Positions 9,001 through 18,000 of a stretch of 64,000 nt of DNA are shown here, in pieces. The stretch is from the IMG/VR virus record IMGVR_UViG_3300013947_000034, positions 1-64,000 of that record; one strand, 5' to 3'. This stretch comes from a virus. Its lineage: Duplodnaviria; Caudoviricetes. The notes beneath the pieces are model-generated. The model had not been told where the DNA came from and did no database searches. It saw nothing but the letters and a program-made list of their open reading frames with translations. How positions within the stretch are numbered: position 1 is the stretch's first letter; every line of letters begins with the position of its first letter. A program made the translations under genes and the position numbers.

Positions 9001-12000
9001 TTTAACTATACGACCTTTATTGTCATATTCAAAATCATATTCCATATTGGCATCTTCCCAAGCCTTGAGATATTCACCACCAATAGTTTTAGCTTTAGCG
9101 TATTCAGTATCAAATTTCTTACTGTATTCAGTATGCATAAATTTACGAATGAATCCACCAACACTAGCACCATTAGCAGGCATATTCTCATCATCAACTA
9201 TAGTCTTCTTTGTATTACGGAGTTTCTCATACAAATCAGCAAGTTTATGAAGGTCTTCAATACTAATTTGTTGTCTGTCGGTAATAGTATTAACTTCTTT
9301 CTTAGTAGTATCATAATAAGGACGAAGAATTTCATTAACTTCATTAACAAGTTTGAGATATTCAACGTTAGCCTTACCATTTTTACTATTAGTAGTGAGT
9401 ATTTGTTGTACTACAGTAGGAAGAGCTTGTCTTTGTTCAGGAGCATTATTAATTAATATTTGCTCATTACCAGCAGAATAAATAGTAGTATTATAACGAT
9501 TAGCTTCATCTTTTCTAATAGCTTCTTGTTCTTCTTCAGTAAATATATCTCCACGAATACGACCTTTACTATCGTAAACTTTCTCACCGTTGGCAATCTT
9601 AGTTTTAATAAGTTTAGCTTTATGAGACATTTGATTATTCTTTGTAACTTTACCTTTAGAAAGAATACCATAAGCTACAGCAATCTCATCGCTAACTTTA
9701 GGGTCTACGTGCCAAGTAGCATTTTGTTCAAGCCATTCTTTAGCTCTTTGATATTTCTCATCATTAGCAAGAACTTCATCAGAAACTTGTTTATTACCAA
9801 AAGCATCACGTTTCTCAGCTCGTTTGATAATGTCAAGTCTCTTATCAAGCTCTTCTTCAAAGCCATCTTTAACATGAGTATCGTTATACTCTTCATTAAT
9901 AGCACGTTGACGTTTGAGATATTGACTGAGTTTTACAGCAGCACCTTGAGAATTTAAAGAAGCTTCTTCATACTTAGCTTGGTCTACAATGATAGGTTTA
10001 CCTTCTTCATCATATCCTTTAGTACCAGGAACTGGATTAGTATCATCATAGATAGGTTTTTCAGTTCCATCTTCAAAATTTATAGTACTCTCAAGTTGAT
10101 GAATACTTCTTCTAAGCCTGCGATATTCAGTTTCATTATCTTCACTAAGAACACCATTAATTCTAAGACGATTAATGTTTCTAATCTGCTCTCTAAGTCT
10201 TGTATATTCAGCAAAAATAGTAGGAGCAGTTTTAAGCATATAATCATCATTATCATACATAAGCTTATAATACTCATCTTTAAACTGTTGATTAAGATGA
10301 GCAATCTTAAAAGCATCATATTCATGTTTAGCTTTTAGATAAGCCATAGGATTATTAATGACATCTTTGCGAGTTTCATTTACTTTATTTCTAAGAGTAT
10401 CTAAATCCTCAACAAATTTGTCAGTATAATCTCTAATAAGTTTACCATTCTTATCAACAAGTTTATCCCAATCTATATGACCAAGAGCTTTAATAGCTTT
10501 TTCAAACTCACGAGCTTCTTTTGCAGCTTGCATATCTTTAGCTCTAATATCAGCAACTATATGTTTACTAATATTTTGAATAAGACTATTACCAGTATCT
10601 TGTAAATCGCCAATCCAAGCATCGCACCAAGTAGTGGCATGATAACCGTTAAGAATATCAACTAAACCGTTTTGAATATTAGGGTCATCAGACCACTTAG
10701 CAACAACTTCTCTAGCGAATCTTTCATTAAGAGCACTAAGATTAAGTTTGTTACGTAAATCACCAATAGTCTTCTTAATATGATTAATAAAATCAATTAC
10801 TTCAGGGTTCTCATCTTTATCGACTACAACATCAAATATAGTACCATATTTATTAATAAGACTGTCTGTATCAAGAAGTAACTTTTGAAAACGTCTTTGT
10901 TCACTAGGATTATTACGAATCATTTCTATAGTTTCAGGAGCAAATATAGAAGCATAAGTTCCATCTTCTTTTCTATAGAATTGGTCAGCATCAGCAATAA
11001 GTTTCTTAGCTGTAGCACTAGTAAATCTATCAATAGCTTCATAAAGTTTTGGAGACATATTAGTATAATCTGTACTAACATTCTCAAAACCGTTATTATT
11101 CATAAATTGAACTTCGCGATAAGCATTAACATCTCCTTCATTTGCTCTACGATTTATATCTGTAAACATATCAAAGTTGTATTCAACAGAAGTACTTTCT
11201 TTATCGTTAGTAGAAGGAACAATTTCTACAACTCTAACTGGATAAGGAATTACTTTACCTTCAGAATCAAATACTACTTTTGTTTCTTTGGCAAAAGCAA
11301 ATTTCTTAGTAACTTCATTATCATTAATTACATCATGAATAGTTTGGAAATTACCAAAAGCTTTACCGATACGATTATAAAGATAGCTATTATTGATAAC
11401 TTGAACTCCTTTAATGCCATTTTTAATAAGATTAATAATCTTACCATAAGCATCACGAGCACCACCTATATCACCAATAGTTCTATCTTTATTAATATCA
11501 AAACCTGTATAAACTTTACCTTTAGCTGCAATAGCTCTTTCATTAGCATACTCTTTACGAAGTTCATCTTTCTCTTCTTTAGTAAGTTGATTACCTTGAA
11601 GTTGATTATCAATAATAGTTCTATAATACATCTCACTATAAGGCGTATTATTAGCTTGATTGACAGAAACAATTCCATGTTCGTTTTCCTCAAGCATACT
11701 TACTGGATAAGCAAATATTACATCACCATGACGAACAGTCTTATAAAGATTTGTAGTATTAACACCACGATTCTTAAAAGTAAGTTTTACATAAGGATTG
11801 ACTCTATCAGTCCAAACATTATAAATACCGTATTTAACTGCAAGTTTAGTATCATCAGGAGCTGTAGTTTCGTCTTGAGCAACTGAAGGTTTGTTATCTA
11901 CAATATCTTCTACAGGGAGGCTTTCAGTTTCTTCTGCAACAGTATTAGTATCAGCAAATTCACTATTAATATCTGATTGTGTAATATCCTCTCTACGAGA

Positions 12001-15000
12001 AGGAACATTGAGGGTTATAACTCCATCAGGAGCACTAAGTTCATTAACCCAAACTTTACCTACTCTTTTCTTCTTTACAGTTCTTTTAGGAACCATACCA
12101 TTATCAGAATGACTTCTTAAATAATCATCACGATAATCATCATAAGTAATATGCTTAAAGTTAGCATCGATTTGACTAAGAAGACTAGTAGCTTCTCCAT
12201 CTTGGTTAGCAAATAAAGTATCATCACGAAGAGTACTATTCTTAATAATTTTATTAACACCATTACGACGCATTTTAAAACCTTCAACTACAAACGCATA
12301 CTTAATAAGGTCTATAGCTGCAAGTTTAACAAGAGGATTCTGACTCTTAGTAGCAGTTTCAAAAAGATTATAAGCAGTCTCAGTATCTACATTATCATCA
12401 TTGAAACGAATAGACTGAGCGGCACAATCTTTATTACCAACACGATAATTATCTTGAAGGTCTACTTTAAGCTTATCAAATATACCAGCATCTTCTGACT
12501 TACTTTGTAACCAAGCAACCTTTTGAGCAGGAGTAAGTTTACCCCAAGCATTAATTTCATCTTGAGTTGGCTCAGTAATATCTTCAACATCAAAATGAAA
12601 TAGTGGACTACCACTAAATCCATAAATACGAAGTCGCTCTTGCAAATCAGTTGTTCCAGTCGATTCTAGACGCCCTGTAGAAGAGTTGATTGTATATCCT
12701 AATCTAATACCATCAGCGTTATTATAAGCAGCACCAATTACATATTTCTCATAATCATTATATTCTTTCTCAGTAAGTCTACGAGGAGTAGGAAGCATTT
12801 TACTAAGAGACTTAATACTGTTTACAAAAGCAGGATTTTGAGTTTCAAAAAGCATACTATTAACTACAGTACTAGTAACAGAAGCGTACTTTAAGAAAGC
12901 ATTAAGAGAAGGATAAGTAGATTCATGATTGTCTTTTACATAATTGTCTTTATCAATCTTACCATCTTTAATAAGTCCAGGATAAATACTTTCAAGAAAA
13001 GGAATCCCATCTTTATTTAGTGCTTTAGCATCGTTACTATTAAGAATATCTTTAACAGTTTCAAATACTTCATTAGTAGCAAATATGGTTTGCTTAGCAC
13101 CAAATTTATCAGGATTACAAACTCTTACAATTTTCTGAATTATATTAGCCAAACGATTAATATCATTATAAGCCATAAGAATTTCAAATTCACGAACAAG
13201 AGAAACATTAGCGGCATTCTTAACATCATTAGCTAATTCTTCTTGGTCAAGAACAATATTGTTATTCTTAATAAAACTATAATTTGTACCAAGCTTTTCG
13301 TTGATAGCTTCAACCGTCATTTTACCTGAATATAAAGAAGAACTATCGATACCAAGTTCTTCAGCTATTTCTTTAAGAGCATCAACTATTGGTTGAGAAG
13401 AGCCTTCACTATAAACAGACTTACCTTTATTGTAAGCATTAACTATACGAGTTATGGCAGGATGCATCATAAACGCAACACCAGTAGTATAATTACTGCC
13501 AATATCAGGGAAAGTTTTATATACAGCAAAAGTAAACTCATTTACATTAGGTACAGCACCTTTCTTTACAGCATCAAGAATATGAGCTGTAGTTTCAGAA
13601 CTATATGCAGTAAGAATAGCATCATCTACATTATGATTATCGTGTGACCAACCAATCATAGTATGGTTGATTGTAACATAACCATCTTTATATTCAACAT
13701 TATCTTCTCCAAAACGTTTAGCTAGAATTTTAGCTTGCTTTGGTGTAGCTTTATATCTAGCACTAATAGCATACTTTTTATCTATAGTAGGTTGAACTTT
13801 ATTACATATAGATACAAAAGTATCACGAGTAACACTAAAAGCTTTAAGTTTAGCGCCACTCATAACATCTTCTTGATATTCTGCTTGGTCAACAAAATCA
13901 TAACAACTACGACCGTTACGAACACTCTTAACAACATTGTTCATAATGTTATCACGTGCAGCAATAATATCTTCAAATTGTGATTGACCAGTATTTTCTT
14001 CAAAAGCTTCATCAGATTGAAGAATACGAAGCATATCATCAAGAATGCGATTGTTACGAGCTTGACGACTATTCTTTTCTTCAACACCATTAGCTTTACT
14101 AAATTCCTCTCTACTAAGAAGATTATTTTCTTCAGCAAGATTTCCTAAAGCATTAGAAGGAACAGTTTCATCGAGATTAAGAGCTTGTCTTACATAATCA
14201 TCATATTCTTTACCAAATGATTCTTTATAAGCAACTTTCTGAATATCTCCGTCTTTATCTATATAAGTATTATGTTGAATACCATATACAGAGTCAATAT
14301 CAAAGTCAGAACCAGTTTGAGCAACCCAATCATCAGGAACTACAATAGTAGAACCTTGAGCGTCATCAGTAAATCCAACCACTTTCATAGCACAAACTGA
14401 TTGCTTACCTTCAGTAGGAATACGATAACCAATAATAGTATCAAGTCCAGCTCTTTGCAGTTGATAAAGAAGACCTCCTACAAGATTTCCGTTTTCGTCT
14501 CTAATTTCATCAGCTTCTTTATAAGTACCATCTTCATTTTTAGCAAAATTGAAATTACTTTTAGGAAGCATAATTTCAATATAACGTTTACCATCAGGAT
14601 GATAACGAAGAGTTTTAGATATAGATAATCTATTCTTTTGATATATAGGAATAACTATATCTTTATTATCTTTTTTATGTTTAATAGTTCTTTCTCCTAC
14701 TTTTTTCCAACTTTTTCCAAGTTTATTTAAAGCATAAACTCCTCCGTCAGAAATACTTCCCCATGTAGATACATTAGCTCCATTAGGAATAGCATTTCTT
14801 AAAGCAGTATATAATTCATTTCGTTCTTCTTTAGTAGAAGGATTTACAGTTTTACCATCTTGTTCAACTGTACCTATCTTTTCAGTTGTAGTTTTAAAAT
14901 GAACAGAATAATTATTATTTTCTTTATCTTTTACTAATTCAAACCAACCTTTTTTCTTCCCTTTTATATAAATTCTTAAAGCTTTACTTTTATAACCAGG

Positions 15001-18000
15001 AGTTTTTTCTCTATCATAAACTTCAACATCAAATTTAGTTTTATTTATACCATCAAGATTGAATGGATTTTCTTTAGTATATTTTTTACTATTAAAACCT
15101 ACATTAGTCACCTGAGCAGCATGAAAACCAGGCAGCTTTTGACGAGTAATAGCGTTATTAAACATAGACTGACAAACATTCTGAGCTTTACTCATCATAT
15201 TAGTCATATATGTAGGCATAATTGTATTAGCTCTTCCAAGTTCAGTATAAGGACTATCTTCATTGAGAGTAAAGAACTCAAGTATATTACTATCAAGACC
15301 TTGACGAAGACATTCTTTACGAAGTTTATTAAAGAATAGTTTCATATCAAGACCTTCAATATTTCCATTAGCATCAAGTTTAATAGAACCATCTTCATTT
15401 GTAGGAATATTAAGTTCCTTAACAAGACTATTAAAACTATCTTTAATATTAGCAACATAAAGTCTAAAGAACTCTTTCTTAACTTCACCTATACTTCCAT
15501 TATCAGGAATATTATCAACAATTTTCTTCATGATTTGAATAGCAGCTTTATTTTCTGCATTCATGTGTTGAGGAGTTTCTTGTTGAGTATAAAGAAAGTT
15601 ATAAGAATAAGTCTCTTTATAATCTTCTACATGATTCTTAAAATCTTGAATGTGAGCATCAGTAACTTCACCAGTCTTTTCATCAAACAAAGTAAGCACT
15701 CCAGCTTTACCAGCTTTAGAAGTTTCTTCAGTATTAAGTTGGTCAATACCATTGTCTTTCATAAGATTATATACTTTCTCAAGGTCAGTACCTTCAATAA
15801 ATCTAGGTACAAGAACTAGTTCAGCATTCTTAATTTGACGAGGAGCATAAGTATTAATCTTATCATTATAAGTCATATCATAATAGAAATTCTTTTGTAC
15901 TTGAACAAAAGTCTTAATATCGTCTACTCTAAGAGGTTTACTTCTATCCATAATACGTTCAATAAGAGGCATATATTTATTAAGTTGACCTCTACCTGCA
16001 ACACGACGAATCCATTCTTCAAAAGTAATATAAGATTGAGCATCGTTCACAGTAGTACCTTGATAACCGTCCATATGCTTATTAGCTTTAGCAATAGCTT
16101 CAGCTTCTGTAAGTTCAGGGTCATGTTTCATATAAACACGAGCAAGTTCGTGAACAATAGGACCGTTTTGAGAAGCTTCTTTAGAAGTTCTTACAGTATT
16201 CTTAATAGTAATACCAACAAATCCAGGACGTTGAGTAACATGAAGACCAAGACCATTAAGTTTATCTTGAATAGCTTGACTATTAAGATAACTCATCTTC
16301 TCTAAGTCGGTAAGCATCATATTTTCATCTTGATAGATATTAAAAGTACTATAAGGAGTACCACTAGCTTGACTTTCCTTAGCACGTTTCAAGAAATCTT
16401 GAGAAGACTTATAAAACTTATCATCACCTTCAAACAAATCATCAAAATAATTATAAGCAAGACGATAATTAAGAGCAAAGTCAGCAACATTATCATCATT
16501 AATAAGTCCAGCTACATCAAGATTCTTAAACTCATCCATACGATTAGCAGAACTATCAATATAATCACTAATAAATTCTGCTATTTTATTATCAATAGCT
16601 TCGGCTTGTTCTTGAGTATGATTAAGTTTAATCTTACCATTCTCATAACCAAAGTGAATAAAACCACCTTTACTACCATTATAAAGACTATCAAAACAAT
16701 CATCAAGAAGTTCTTGACCATAATTGCGAACTTTACCAGTTTGATAATCAGTAATAGTAAACTTATCACTATGGAACATATTACCAACTAAACCATGATT
16801 AGAATCAAGATATTTATCTTTCTTAGTATGATAATCTTTCTTAGTATGATAATTAGCATAAAGTCTACGAGCAGATTCTTCGTCTATACCAAAAGCATTA
16901 TCTGGATTAAATTTAGGTTTACCGTCAGCTTCACGTTGAATCACACCATCATCACCAGTCAAGAATATCATATTAATAGCTTCAGCCATATTAGTCAATT
17001 CTTGATTGAATATCTTTCTAAATTGTTTATAAACGGGATGTTCTCTATTAACTTCATAATTAACTTGAATATCACCAATTCTACCTTGACGATAAGCTTG
17101 TTTACGATACTTATCATAAACCATAGGACGAAGATTATCTCTCATTTCATTGTTGTCAAGAATAGTAGCTTTACCATTCTCAATAACAAACTTATTCATA
17201 CCTTTTACAGGGCGAATAGAACCAGTAATAATATATTTATTTACATTACCTTCTTCGTCAGTAAATTGATAACCAATAGTTGCAGTTTTACCATCATTAC
17301 GAATAATCTCATTCTCATATACAGAACGAGTAATATTGTTACTAGATAAATCTCTAACAATTTGAGCACGGTCAGTACGATTATCTTCAAGCTGAATAAA
17401 TCTAGCTCTAGGATTAGCTTGATTAAATGCTGATTCAGACATACTCTCAAGATGTTCTGCAACATAATTCTTAATATAGTTATCTACATCAACAACATTG
17501 GTTACAGTTCTAATAGGATTACTCTTAGTTACAGCATATCTAGGAGCACGAACAACAAATGTTTTAGGAGCATCAGAAGGAGTTCTCATAAAGTAATTAG
17601 CAAGAGGAATACTGTTAGTTACTCTATCAGCATCAATATTTTTATCACTATTAAAATAGTTGGTAAAAGCAGTATAAACATAATCACCTTTGCTCATTTG
17701 AGAATAAGTAATACCTGCACCTTCATCAGTTTTTACAGCTCCATTAAACAATGCAACATTAAGTAAACCAGAAGCATAATTAGTAACACCATACTTCTGT
17801 TTATCAGCGTCATAATAAAAGAGACCATAGTTAACTACTTTACCATTCTCTTTAGTCTCAATAAGAATGTTACTAAGATTATACTGATTGTTCTTAAACT
17901 TAAATTTGGCAAAGTTGACAAGAGATTCAGGAGCATTGTTACCTAATTCATCAGTAGTAGTCTTAGGACTATTGAGAACTTTAAGCAAATAAGTAATCAT

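Noticed and set aside
14625-15090. Intein in the RNA polymerase
   Set aside because: The insert lacks an N-terminal Cys/Ser and a C-terminal His-Asn/Gln followed by C/S/T, and shows no homing-endonuclease motifs.
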